Of a stretch of 14,985 nucleotides of DNA, positions 6,933-14,985 are shown piece after piece. This DNA is from Gemmatimonadota bacterium (GTDB taxonomy: Bacteria > Latescibacterota > UBA2968 > UBA8231): the NCBI GenBank assembly GCA_038128265.1, contig JAYPJE010000045.1:19509-34493 (forward strand), written 5' to 3'. The notes under the pieces are model-generated. The model did not search any database and had not been told where the DNA came from. It was given only the letters and a program-made list of their open reading frames with translations. How positions within the stretch are numbered: position 1 is the first letter of the stretch; each line of letters starts with the position of its first letter. Made by a program: the position numbers and the translations under genes.

Positions 6933-8399
6933 ATGAGCAAACGCACCCGAGCAGGAGCGATAGCTGATCACATGAGATGCCTACGGCCACTGCGAATTGG
7001 ATTTAGCTGCGCGCTGCTGCTCTTTTTGGGCGGGTGCGCCGCGTCTTATTCCAGCTACGTCGCGCGCTCGCTGCGCCATCTGGAGCGCGGCGATTATACT
7101 GCTGCACTGGCCCTTCTGGAAAAGCCCAGCGGTTCGACCAATATGCTGCTCTACCGGCTGGAGCGCGGGCTCATCTTTCACTATCAGGGCCTGTACGCCC
7201 AGTCCAACGCCGAGTTTGAGCGGGCTGAACACCTTATTGACCGCCTCTACACGCGCTCGCTATCGCGCGAGGCGGCTTCCCTTCTGACCAATGACGCCAT
7301 TATCGCCTACCGCGGCGAAGAGTTTGAGCGCGTGCTCATCCACTACTACCGCGCCCTAAACTACGAACGCTTGGGCGACCGACAGGCCGTGCTGGTCGAG
7401 TGCCGCAAGGCCAATCTAAAGCTAGAAGAATACGCCCAGCAGGCCGAGTACCAGCTGAGCTATAAAAACGACGCCTTTATGCAGTATGCTACAGGGCTAT
7501 TCTACGAGGCCGAAGGCGAATTGAACGACGCCTATATATCATACAAAGACGCCGAAAAGGGCTATCGCGCCTATCGCGAAGCATTTGGCATCGGCGTGCC
7601 GCGCATGTTACTCATCGATCTGGCACGCTTGGCGCACACATTGGGCTACGACGACGAGGTACAGTCCTATGCGGAGCGCTATCGCCTGCGACCCGACGAA
7701 CTGCAGCCACCACCCGGCGGCGAGGTAGTCGTCTTTGTCGAGAGCGGATTCGCCCCGCGCAAATTGGAGAACGAGCTGAGCATTCCCATTCTCAAAGACG
7801 ATCGCGGACAGGCCGTTTGGACCGTATCCGAGCGCGCGGTCGACCGCTATCACAACCACTACACCTACCGCAGCTACGCGGTCGATTACTGGCTGCGCCT
7901 GGCCCTGCCGCACTATGCCAATCCAGCGCCGCCACTGGGTGCCGTGCGCCTGCGCGAAGGCCAGGCTAGCGCCATGGGCGTGCTGGCCCAGGACCTCGAC
8001 GCCATCGCCCGCCGCACGCTAGATCAAAAGTTTGATCACATCCTCCTGCGAACCATTGCGCGCGGCGTCGCCAAGTACGTAGCATCAAAGAGCATTGAGC
8101 ACACCATCGCCGAAGCAGGAGACGACGAAGACGATAGAGAATTCAACGAGGGGCTCGGCGAGCTAGTCGGCGGGTTGTTCAACCTGTTGGGCAACGCCAC
8201 CGAGGCCGCTGATACGCGCGGCTGGCTAGCGCTGCCGCGCGCCATCTATATAGCCCGCCTGCCCGCGGCCGGCGCAGCGACAGACCTGCGCATTGAGATG
8301 CTCGACGCGCAGGGTGGTGTCGTACACACACAGGCCCTTCCCCCCGTGCAGGTTGCCGAGGGCGGTAAGGTCTTTTTGAGCACGCGCGTTTTTCGCTGA
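6933..8399 (+). CDS. COG3014-like TPR lipoprotein
   Basis: Signal peptide with lipobox LLFLGG-C; family-like motifs LYRLERGLI, SNAEFERAE, YRGEEFERVLIHYYRALNY, VESGFAPRK and ADTRGWLALP. The start may be the downstream ATG at 6972 (AGGAG upstream). Confidence 0.82.
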   Translation: MSKRTRAGAIADHMRCLRPLRIGFSCALLLFLGGCAASYSSYVARSLRHLERGDYTAALALLEKPSGSTNMLLYRLERGLIFHYQGLYAQSNAEFERAEHLIDRLYTRSLSREAASLLTNDAIIAYRGEEFERVLIHYYRALNYERLGDRQAVLVECRKANLKLEEYAQQAEYQLSYKNDAFMQYATGLFYEAEGELNDAYISYKDAEKGYRAYREAFGIGVPRMLLIDLARLAHTLGYDDEVQSYAERYRLRPDELQPPPGGEVVVFVESGFAPRKLENELSIPILKDDRGQAVWTVSERAVDRYHNHYTYRSYAVDYWLRLALPHYANPAPPLGAVRLREGQASAMGVLAQDLDAIARRTLDQKFDHILLRTIARGVAKYVASKSIEHTIAEAGDDEDDREFNEGLGELVGGLFNLLGNATEAADTRGWLALPRAIYIARLPAAGAATDLRIEMLDAQGGVVHTQALPPVQVAEGGKVFLSTRVFR

Positions 8400-8410
8400 G
8401 GAGTCTTGTT

Positions 8411-9250
8411 ATGAAAAAGTATATTGCCGTAGCACTCTTCGCCGGTCTAGCCAACGCGCCGGCAGCCATGGCGCAGCTGAGCGCTCCAGCTAGCGGCATC
8501 GATCCGCTGCAGCGCGGGCAAATCGTCAATATCGTAGACTGGGACGGCGGCGCGCTTCCCAAGCGCTACGAGCGCTCTCAGCAGCTGCCAATGAGCCTCG
8601 ACGACGTAAAAAAGCTCAGCGCGAGCCAATTCAGCGAGAGGGCCATTATCGAAATGTTGGAACAGCGACGCTGCGCCTGCGATGCCTCTGTCGACGCGCT
8701 CATCGACCTCAAAAGAGTCGGCGTCTCCGAAAGCGTGCTGCAGGCGCTCTCGCTGCACGCACTCCCGCCCAACCGCTCCGTGCAGTTGACCATTCATATC
8801 GACTTCGAGGGCCTAGGCGGCGATGCGCCCATTTCAACCCAGGCGCGCCAAGGCTATCTCTATCTCATCGTGCCCGACGGCGAGCGCGAGCGAGTCTTCA
8901 TGGGTAACCTGCAGCAGATCCTCGCCGGGCGCTGGCAGCGCGACGAGCAGGTGGACCGCAGCGACCTGCTGCTGCCCAAGCGAGTGCGTCGCGTGACGTT
9001 TGCCGCCGACGTGCCGCTGAAGACCTACGGAGAGAAAAAAGCGCTGGTATTTACCTCGGCGCGCCCAAATATCTACGCATCCTCCGATTTGACGGAGCGC
9101 GAGCGCGCAAACGCGAGCGAATATGCGTTCACTTATCCATCCAGCTCGCTACAGCGCTACTGTTCGCTGCAGGCCCTCTACCGCCAGGACCAAATGCTGG
9201 CGCACAAATGGCATTTGGCGCGGACACATTTTCAGTGCGAGTGGGACTAA
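8411..9250 (+). CDS. Hypothetical secreted protein
   Basis: GAGGAG RBS and classical Sec signal MKKYIAVALFAGLANAPAAMA; 279 aa; located inside the operon. No family recognised. Confidence 0.8.
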   Translation: MKKYIAVALFAGLANAPAAMAQLSAPASGIDPLQRGQIVNIVDWDGGALPKRYERSQQLPMSLDDVKKLSASQFSERAIIEMLEQRRCACDASVDALIDLKRVGVSESVLQALSLHALPPNRSVQLTIHIDFEGLGGDAPISTQARQGYLYLIVPDGERERVFMGNLQQILAGRWQRDEQVDRSDLLLPKRVRRVTFAADVPLKTYGEKKALVFTSARPNIYASSDLTERERANASEYAFTYPSSSLQRYCSLQALYRQDQMLAHKWHLARTHFQCEWD

Positions 9251-9275
9251 ATACACCACGAGAAAGGAACGTGAT

Positions 9276-9872
9276 ATGAAGGCACTGACATTAGGTATAA
9301 CGCTTGCCTCAGCGCTGATTGTGAGCGCCTGCGCCGGCCCTAGGGCATTTACGCGCGGCGAGTACGGCGACCCCAGTGAGATCTCCATGCTCGACGACAA
9401 GTGGAACCAGAACGACATGCAGCTCGTCGCCAAAAAGATGATTAACTCCATGGAGAGTTGGGTCGACGGCCGCGCCATCGAAAAGCCGGTCGTTATTTTG
9501 GAGATGCCGCGCAACAAGACGGCCGAGCACATCGATATGCAAGCGCTTTACGACCACGTGAAGACGACGCTGATCCAGAGCGGTAAGTTCACCTTCTTGG
9601 ACAAAGCGGCGCGGCGCGAAATAGCAGAGGAATACGATTACCAGGAATCGGGCTACGTGCGCGAAGACGAGGCTCAGGGACCGGGCAACCAGCGCGGCGC
9701 GCGCTATATGATGGGCGGTGTCATCACCTCGACCATCCAGCAGGTGGGCAACGAAAAAGTTGTTTACTACAAGGCAACCTTTGAGCTGACCGACATCGCT
9801 ACTACCGAAATCGTGTGGACCGACCACAAGGAAATAACCAAGCACTTCGAGAAGAAGAGCATCGGCTTCTAA
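9276..9872 (+). CDS. lpoB: LpoB-like lipoprotein (penicillin-binding protein activator family, COG3417)
   Basis: True start is probably ATG 9276 (GAAAGGA RBS). Lipobox IVSA-C; motifs DMQLVAKKMINSM, NKTAEHID, QSGKFTFLD, EYDYQESG and ELTDIATTEIVW. Confidence 0.82.
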   Translation: MKALTLGITLASALIVSACAGPRAFTRGEYGDPSEISMLDDKWNQNDMQLVAKKMINSMESWVDGRAIEKPVVILEMPRNKTAEHIDMQALYDHVKTTLIQSGKFTFLDKAARREIAEEYDYQESGYVREDEAQGPGNQRGARYMMGGVITSTIQQVGNEKVVYYKATFELTDIATTEIVWTDHKEITKHFEKKSIGF

Positions 9873-9884
9873 GGGGGATACGGT

Positions 9885-10481
9885 ATGCTACGCTGGACGA
9901 TAATCGCCACGCTGGCGCTGACTACAGCGGCCTCAGCGGCCGACCTTAACCACAGTGAGACCGCAGCTACTATCGCCCTGCACGCGGCTAAACCAGGGCG
10001 CACGGACGGCCCAGAGGGTAGCGAGTATGGCAAGGGCGGCTACGGGCGCTTTCGCGGCGAAGGCCGCTTTTATCTCGAGGGGCTTATCGGCGCGGCCACC
10101 GTCGACGTCGACGACGAGAACGGCATCGGCACTTCCCAAACGGATCTGATGGCCGGCCTCACTGCAGGTTACCGCATAGAGGACTGGCTCGGATTTCAAC
10201 TGGGCTACGCGCGCATAGCCGAGCAGAATGCCGATTTTATTTCGGGTGGCATACGTTCATCCTACGGCGCAGCCCCCTTTAGCTACTACGCTGCACTCGA
10301 CGCCGAAATCTACGCCCCGGAGGGCGGCTCGAAGCATTTTGGCCTAGCCCCTGGCATTGGAGCTGAAGTCGCGTTGACCGACCGCCTGCGCGCCGGCCTG
10401 CGCTTTCAGCGCGACGTTATTTTCGCCGACGAGTCGATCGGCATCAGTCGCTTTGCAGCAACGCTGCGGTTCGATTTCTAG
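9885..10481 (+). CDS. Small outer-membrane beta-barrel protein (OmpA/OmpW-like, probably 8 strands)
   Basis: Signal peptide ending ASA-A; alternating amphipathic strands (AGLTAGYR, WLGFQLGY, APGIGAEV, AGLRFQR); C-terminal LRFDF resembles a beta-signal. AAGGGGG RBS. Confidence 0.78.
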   Translation: MLRWTIIATLALTTAASAADLNHSETAATIALHAAKPGRTDGPEGSEYGKGGYGRFRGEGRFYLEGLIGAATVDVDDENGIGTSQTDLMAGLTAGYRIEDWLGFQLGYARIAEQNADFISGGIRSSYGAAPFSYYAALDAEIYAPEGGSKHFGLAPGIGAEVALTDRLRAGLRFQRDVIFADESIGISRFAATLRFDF

Positions 10482-10537
10482 ATAGCTTCCTTTGCGCGCA
10501 GCTTCTGCGCCTCGCACACCTCATTGAACAAATAGCA

Positions 10538-10573
10538 GCGCCCCGTGCAACTCGAGATCATTGCACGGGGCGC
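10538..10573. terminator. Hairpin, probable bidirectional terminator between convergent operons
   Basis: Perfect 13-bp stem GCGCCCCGTGCAA (10538-10550) / TTGCACGGGGCGC (10561-10573) with a 10-nt loop. The minus-strand tail TGCTATTTGTT is only moderately U-rich. Confidence 0.72.
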
Positions 10574-10600
10574 ACTCCTACAAGTAGTCGCGATACGGGT

Positions 10601-11170
10601 CTAGGCAATCATATCGACAAAATAGCGATGCGCCGTCAAATCGTCCGTCAGCTCGGGGTGGAACGATGCCACCAGCAGATGGCCCTGACGCGCCATCACC
10701 ACATCGCCCCGGCACTCGGCCAGCGCCTCAACGCCGGCACCCAAGCGCGTGATGCGCGGCGCGCGAATAAACACCATCTCCATGGCACACTCGCCGTCGG
10801 CGCTGCGAAATACGCCTTCGGCTTCGGCGCTATCGATCTGGCGTCCGTAGCCATTGCGCTCGACGCCGATATCGATCAGCCCCAACGACCGCTGGGCGGG
10901 ATTGCTGACGTCTTTGGCGAGCAGAATCATGCCCGCGCAGGTGCCGAAAATAGGCTTGGTGGCCGCCCCAAAATTACCGATCGCTTGCCAGAGCCCCGAC
11001 GAGTCCATCAGCTTAATTAGCGTCGTGCTCTCACCGCCGGGCATAATTAAGCCATCGACCGCATCTAACTGGCTCGGCTTTTTCACTACGCGCCAGGCCA
11101 CGCCCAATTTTTCCAATATGGCCCCGTGCGCCGCATAGTCTCCCTGCAGTCCCAGTACGCCTAGTTCCAC
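10601..11170 (-). CDS. pdxT: Pyridoxal 5'-phosphate synthase, glutaminase subunit
   Basis: GVLGLQGD, MPGGESTT, GTCAGMI (catalytic Cys), RNGYGRQ, FIRAP and SFHPEL (His/Glu). GTG start at 11170 with GGGGAG RBS preferred over the ORF-track start at 11230. Confidence 0.97.
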   Translation of the reverse strand: MELGVLGLQGDYAAHGAILEKLGVAWRVVKKPSQLDAVDGLIMPGGESTTLIKLMDSSGLWQAIGNFGAATKPIFGTCAGMILLAKDVSNPAQRSLGLIDIGVERNGYGRQIDSAEAEGVFRSADGECAMEMVFIRAPRITRLGAGVEALAECRGDVVMARQGHLLVASFHPELTDDLTAHRYFVDMIA

Positions 11171-11185
11171 CGTTGACCACTCCCC

Positions 11186-11224
11186 ATTATAAAGGCCCCG
11201 TCTCCGCTTTGGGGAGACGGGGCC
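11186..11224 (-). terminator. Intrinsic terminator-like hairpin between pdxS and pdxT
   Basis: Perfect 12-bp GC-rich stem (11194-11205 / 11213-11224) with a 7-nt loop, followed on the minus strand by TTTATAAT. Confidence 0.68.
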
Positions 11225-11248
11225 AACCAATCCGACTGTAGTATGCGC

Positions 11249-12157
11249 TTACCAACCGCGCGTCTGCAGCTTGTCTTTCTCTTCGAGCGTATCGATGTTG
11301 ATACCGACCATTGCTTCGCCCAGATTTTCCGAAACGCGAATAAGCACATCCGGATCTTCGTAATGCGTCGTCGCCTCGACAATAGCCTTGGCTCGGATGG
11401 CGGGATCACCCGACTTGAAAATGCCCGATCCGACAAAAACGGCCTCAGCGCCCAGCTGCATCATTAGCGAGGCATCGGCCGGCGTCGCCACGCCACCGGC
11501 GGCGAAGTTGGGCACCGGCAGCTTGCCGCTGTCGGCGACCATGCGCACGATCTCATAGGGCGCTCCCAGGTCTTTGGCGGCCGTCATCAGCTGCTCCGAG
11601 CGCAGCGTCGTCAAGCGGCGCAGTTCGTCGGTGACGGTGCGCATGTGGCGCACGGCCTCAACGATGTTACCGGAGCCGGCCTCGCCCTTGGTGCGAATCA
11701 TCGCCGCGCCTTCGCCAATTCGGCGCAGCGCTTCACCCAGATTGCGACAGCCGCATACGAAGGGCACTTCAAAGGCAAATTTGTCGATGTGAAAGTGTTC
11801 GTCGGCTGGGGTGAGCACTTCGCTCTCGTCCACGTAGTCGACCCCTAGGGCCTGCAGCATCTGCGCTTCGGCAAAATGGCCGATGCGGCACTTAGCCATC
11901 ACGGGAATCGATACCGCCTCCATGATCTCGCGCAGCTTTTCAATACTCGACATGCGCGCCACGCCACCTTGGGCGCGGATGTCAGCGGGCACGCGCTCTA
12001 GCGCCATGACGGAAGTTGCCCCCGCGTCTTCGGCAATCTTGGCCTGATCGGCCGTGACCACATCCATGATAACGCCGCCTTTTAGCATTTCAGCTAGGCC
12101 CGTTTTCAGGCGCAGCGTGCCGGTATGACCGTTGCTGTGTCCGTTGTTCTCACTCAT
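11249..12157 (-). CDS. pdxS: Pyridoxal 5'-phosphate synthase, synthase subunit
   Basis: [65 protein letters not shown] and C-terminal RGW. AAAGGAG RBS. Confidence 0.98.
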   Translation of the reverse strand: MSENNGHSNGHTGTLRLKTGLAEMLKGGVIMDVVTADQAKIAEDAGATSVMALERVPADIRAQGGVARMSSIEKLREIMEAVSIPVMAKCRIGHFAEAQMLQALGVDYVDESEVLTPADEHFHIDKFAFEVPFVCGCRNLGEALRRIGEGAAMIRTKGEAGSGNIVEAVRHMRTVTDELRRLTTLRSEQLMTAAKDLGAPYEIVRMVADSGKLPVPNFAAGGVATPADASLMMQLGAEAVFVGSGIFKSGDPAIRAKAIVEATTHYEDPDVLIRVSENLGEAMVGINIDTLEEKDKLQTRGW

Positions 12158-12201
12158 TTTGGGCTCCTTTAAACCGTACTATAGTTTGGCAAATCAAACA
12201 G

Positions 12202-12230
12202 AACATACTCCAAGAGTTGCCACTTTGCAA
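12202..12230 (-). promoter_or_regulatory. Putative sigma70 promoter of pdxS
   Basis: On the minus strand TTGCAA (12230-12225), 17 nt spacer, TATGTT (12207-12202), in an AT-rich intergenic gap. Confidence 0.5.
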
Positions 12231-12267
12231 AAGGTGAGGTGGAGAATTTCTCACCGCGCCAGGCGCG

Positions 12268-13701
12268 CTAACCGCGCAGCCGTCGCCAGTAGCTGATGCA
12301 CAGATTCCAAACGAGTAAACGCAGTAAAACCAGCGTCGCCAACCCGCCCAATACCGCACCTTGCGCCAGCACGAGCAGCGGCGCACCCATAAGCATGGGG
12401 CGCGCCAACCACAGCGCAATCGCTACGCCCGCAACCACGGCAGCAGGGCGCAGCAAATGCCCGATATATTGAGAGAAAGGCAGGCCAATCAGCCTATTGG
12501 CCAACTGCTGAGAAAGGACCAAGAAGAGCAGAGACGAAGCGGCAATCACGCTCGTGACGCCTTCCAACCCGCGCGGCACGCCGATGTAATACATAGCCGG
12601 GACTAATACGAACACGCTGAAAAGCGACCAGTAGAACGACCAATCCGTGCGCCCCTTGGCCATAAACATCGATCCCACCATAGTGCCAACGACTTTGCAC
12701 AGGGTGGCCAGTGCCAGCAGACGCAGCGCCGCAAGCGCGGGCTCTTTGCCAAGCAGTGACAAGACTTCGGGCGCAAAGACAAAGACGCCGACCAGCGGAG
12801 GCCCCATGCTGAGCAATAGACTTTGTACCGACTGCACGTAGCCCTTGCGCAGCAGCGCATCGTCGTCCTGAATGGTGGAAAAAGCCGGAAAGGAGACGCG
12901 GTTTATCGTCGTCGCCAGCCGCGTCAGCGGCGTCAGCGTCAGCCGCTCGGCCATCGCATAATAGCCCAGCGCAGCGCTGCCGAGCAGGGGAAAAATAAAA
13001 AAGTGGGCGATCTTGGTGTTGAAGTAAGCAACGGCACGCGAACCGGTGAAATGGAGCGCAAAGTGCAGCAGTTCACGCAGCGCCCCGACGCGCCAGCGTC
13101 GGCCCGGCAGCCAGCGCGTTGACAGCCAAAGGCTGCACAGCAGACCCACCTCGCGAAAAACCGATGCGACCACCGGCACGTAGACGCCCCAGGAGGGACG
13201 CGCCCACAGCAATGACACCACGGCCAGGGCAAAGCTGAGCGAGGAGACAACTTCTGAAAAGGCCACCGAGGAAAAGTTGAGCTCGCGCTGCAGGCGGGCG
13301 CGAAACACGGCTGAAACAGAGGCAAAAGGCACTAGCCAACTCAAGATGCGCAATACGCGCACAAAGAGTTCGGGGTCGTCGCCCCCTAAAATAGTTGATA
13401 GGGCCGGCGCGCAGGCCGAGACGAGGGCCGTGAGCAGCACGCCCCAGGCGACGTTGGTCCAAAATGCTGTATCAAAGTGCTCATCGGTCGTGTGGCGCAG
13501 CTGAACGAGCGCTGCCCCCAGGCCCAAATCGCCGATTATGGCCAACAGCATAACCAGCGACAGACCCCATTCGAAGCTGCCCAATTTCTCGACGTCGAGC
13601 AGCGCATAGAGGGCGACAATCGTAACTAGCTGTACAAGCGAGGCGCTGCCATTCCACAAGAAACCGCGCACCGCGCGTGTGGCAAGGGACTGTGCGTTCA
13701 A
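12268..13701 (-). CDS. Polysaccharide/O-unit flippase (Wzx/WzxC-like, MOP superfamily)
   Basis: 477 aa, highly hydrophobic; motifs AVRGFLWN, DLGLGAALVQ, FDTAFWTN, RARLQRELNF, LGSAALGYYAMA and RVSFPAFS. The TTG start overlaps the upstream TGA. Confidence 0.9.
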   Translation of the reverse strand: MNAQSLATRAVRGFLWNGSASLVQLVTIVALYALLDVEKLGSFEWGLSLVMLLAIIGDLGLGAALVQLRHTTDEHFDTAFWTNVAWGVLLTALVSACAPALSTILGGDDPELFVRVLRILSWLVPFASVSAVFRARLQRELNFSSVAFSEVVSSLSFALAVVSLLWARPSWGVYVPVVASVFREVGLLCSLWLSTRWLPGRRWRVGALRELLHFALHFTGSRAVAYFNTKIAHFFIFPLLGSAALGYYAMAERLTLTPLTRLATTINRVSFPAFSTIQDDDALLRKGYVQSVQSLLLSMGPPLVGVFVFAPEVLSLLGKEPALAALRLLALATLCKVVGTMVGSMFMAKGRTDWSFYWSLFSVFVLVPAMYYIGVPRGLEGVTSVIAASSLLFLVLSQQLANRLIGLPFSQYIGHLLRPAAVVAGVAIALWLARPMLMGAPLLVLAQGAVLGGLATLVLLRLLVWNLCISYWRRLRG

Positions 13702-14525
13702 TCAGCTAGGCGCTGCAGATGGGCGCGCAAACAGTCGAGATTGTCCAAGCTATTGCTCTCCAATCCGTCTAGTCCTTCGCGCAGCGCTAGGCCTTCTGGC
13801 CGCTGCTTTACGTGCGTTTCGATGGCCAAATAGCCGGCGTATCCATCGGCCTTTAGCGCCGCCAGTTGTCCAGACCAATCAATGATCCCGTCGGCTAGCA
13901 GCGACCAGGCATTTCTATCCGCGCAAAAGTTCTTCACATGTACGTGCTCGACTAGGTCGCTCAGTTCGGCGTACTCACCGGGAAAGGCATCGCGCGAACC
14001 AGCCTTTGCCGAATTGCCCGGGTCCCACAGCAGCGCCACGTTTTCGGCATCGACGCGGCGTACGATATCGGCCGCTTCCAATCCGGTATTGCCCCAGCAC
14101 ACGGCTTCGTTTTCTAAAACGAGCCGACAGCCGTGCTGCGCGGCAATAGCCGCCATCTGCGCCAGATAGTCGATGGCCTGCTGCGGCACGCTACCTTCGT
14201 CGCGTAGAAAACCAAAGACCGAAACCAGGTCCGTGCCCCAACGCCGCGCCCACTCACAGGAGCGCGGCAGCAGCTCCTCAATGCCGTCTGGGACCTGTGG
14301 GTCGTCGAGCGCGCATTTGAATAGACCGGGCGAAACACTCGAGACGTGGCGCCCGGCATCTGCAACCCACTGGCCCACGTCGGCCAGTACCTTGTCGTCG
14401 ACGCGCGGGAAGCGCCCGCCGGGCAAGTTGCGCACCTCTACGGCGTCGATACTCCACTCAACTGCCAGTTCAATAGCGCGGCGCGGGTCGGCACTCACTT
14501 CATCGGTAAAAATCGATAGCTGCAT
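13698..14525 (-). CDS. Sugar-phosphate isomerase/epimerase (xylose isomerase-like TIM barrel)
   Basis: Metal-ligand pattern LENE / WDPGN / HVHVKN / IETH. ATG at 14525 with GAGGTG RBS preferred over 14576. Confidence 0.88.
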   Translation of the reverse strand: MQLSIFTDEVSADPRRAIELAVEWSIDAVEVRNLPGGRFPRVDDKVLADVGQWVADAGRHVSSVSPGLFKCALDDPQVPDGIEELLPRSCEWARRWGTDLVSVFGFLRDEGSVPQQAIDYLAQMAAIAAQHGCRLVLENEAVCWGNTGLEAADIVRRVDAENVALLWDPGNSAKAGSRDAFPGEYAELSDLVEHVHVKNFCADRNAWSLLADGIIDWSGQLAALKADGYAGYLAIETHVKQRPEGLALREGLDGLESNSLDNLDCLRAHLQRLAD

Positions 14526-14526
14526 A

Positions 14527-14985
14527 TCACCTCTGGTATGTGACCTGTGCACTGGCCAAACGCCCCGCCCGTCCAAAGACGTTGACTGCCCTTACGGCCA
14601 GCCTATTCGTGCCGTTTTCTAGCGACCAGTCCATTTCGACCTCGCGCACTTCCTGCCAATCGCCCGCATTTATCTGCACCTCAAAGTGCGAGAAATTGGG
14701 CGCTGTGTGTTCAAATAGCACGCGCAGCACCCCAGCCCTATCCGATGCCTGCAGATAGATGCGCGTCTGATTAACCGACCAGTAAAAGTCAGCCGGACGC
14801 GTCGTTTGCAGCGAGTACTCCGGATAGGTGGGATCGATGTGGTCAGACCACCACAAATAGCCGTCGTAGTGATACTGGCGATTGCCGTGGCGCAGCTCGG
14901 CTGGCTCGGCATGCGTCAGGTGGTTGTTGCGCAGCGGTATGCCAAAGCGGCAGAACGTCTCGACGTAGCGATCCATCGGTTCGAC
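14527..14985 (-). CDS. C-terminal part of an uncharacterised protein (5' end outside the window), ending in a beta-sandwich-like domain
   Basis: Frame is open to the right edge and the stop lies 1 nt before the epimerase ATG. The tail APNFSHFEV...WSLENGTNRLAVRAVNVFGRAG looks Ig/FN3-like. A resemblance to C-termini of transglutaminase-like-domain proteins is from memory only. Confidence 0.65.
   Translation of the reverse strand, partial: VEPMDRYVETFCRFGIPLRNNHLTHAEPAELRHGNRQYHYDGYLWWSDHIDPTYPEYSLQTTRPADFYWSVNQTRIYLQASDRAGVLRVLFEHTAPNFSHFEVQINAGDWQEVREVEMDWSLENGTNRLAVRAVNVFGRAGRLASAQVTYQR

Noticed and set aside
9123..9275. N-terminal extension of the LpoB-like ORF
   Set aside because: It overlaps the upstream gene; the RBS and lipoprotein signal fit a start at 9276.
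11171..11230. N-terminal extension of pdxT in the ORF track
   Set aside because: It runs through the hairpin; PdxT homology and the RBS point to GTG at 11170.
12921..12946. Short CGTCAGC tandem repeats
   Set aside because: They reflect Leu-Thr codon repetition inside the flippase and are not an array.
14526..14576. N-terminal extension of the epimerase ORF
   Set aside because: It overlaps the upstream CDS; a GAGGTG RBS supports ATG at 14525.
1..14985. CRISPR array, tRNA/rRNA, integrase/transposase, toxin-antitoxin or defence genes
   Set aside because: I saw no spaced repeats or such protein motifs, and intergenic gaps are short. This was judged by eye, so a small ncRNA cannot be excluded without an Rfam scan.

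Overview
GC-rich bacterial chromosomal segment, densely coding, from a diderm (lipoproteins and an outer-membrane barrel are present). It reads as core/housekeeping DNA: I found no mobile element, CRISPR array, tRNA/rRNA or recognisable defence system. Left to right: (1) a minus-strand class-I pyridine nucleotide-disulfide oxidoreductase that runs off the left edge and is missing from the ORF track; (2) a divergent pair encoding a small lipoprotein cytochrome c-like protein with an atypical CX4CH motif and a TPR protein; (3) a minus-strand operon of overlapping genes, Gfo/Idh/MocA oxidoreductase - TrmH/SpoU methyltransferase - CLC/CBS anion transporter; (4) a cyclophilin-like-fold protein; (5) a four-gene cell-envelope operon, COG3014-like TPR lipoprotein - unknown secreted protein - LpoB-like lipoprotein - outer-membrane beta-barrel; (6) minus-strand pdxS-pdxT, separated by a strong hairpin; (7) a Wzx-type flippase, a sugar-phosphate isomerase/epimerase and the 3' end of an unknown gene at the right edge. 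The best candidates for under-described biology are the envelope operon with its unknown second gene, the CX4CH cytochrome/TPR pair opposite an NADPH-type disulfide reductase, and the CLC with non-canonical filter residues. All family calls come from motif recognition by eye; no searches were run.
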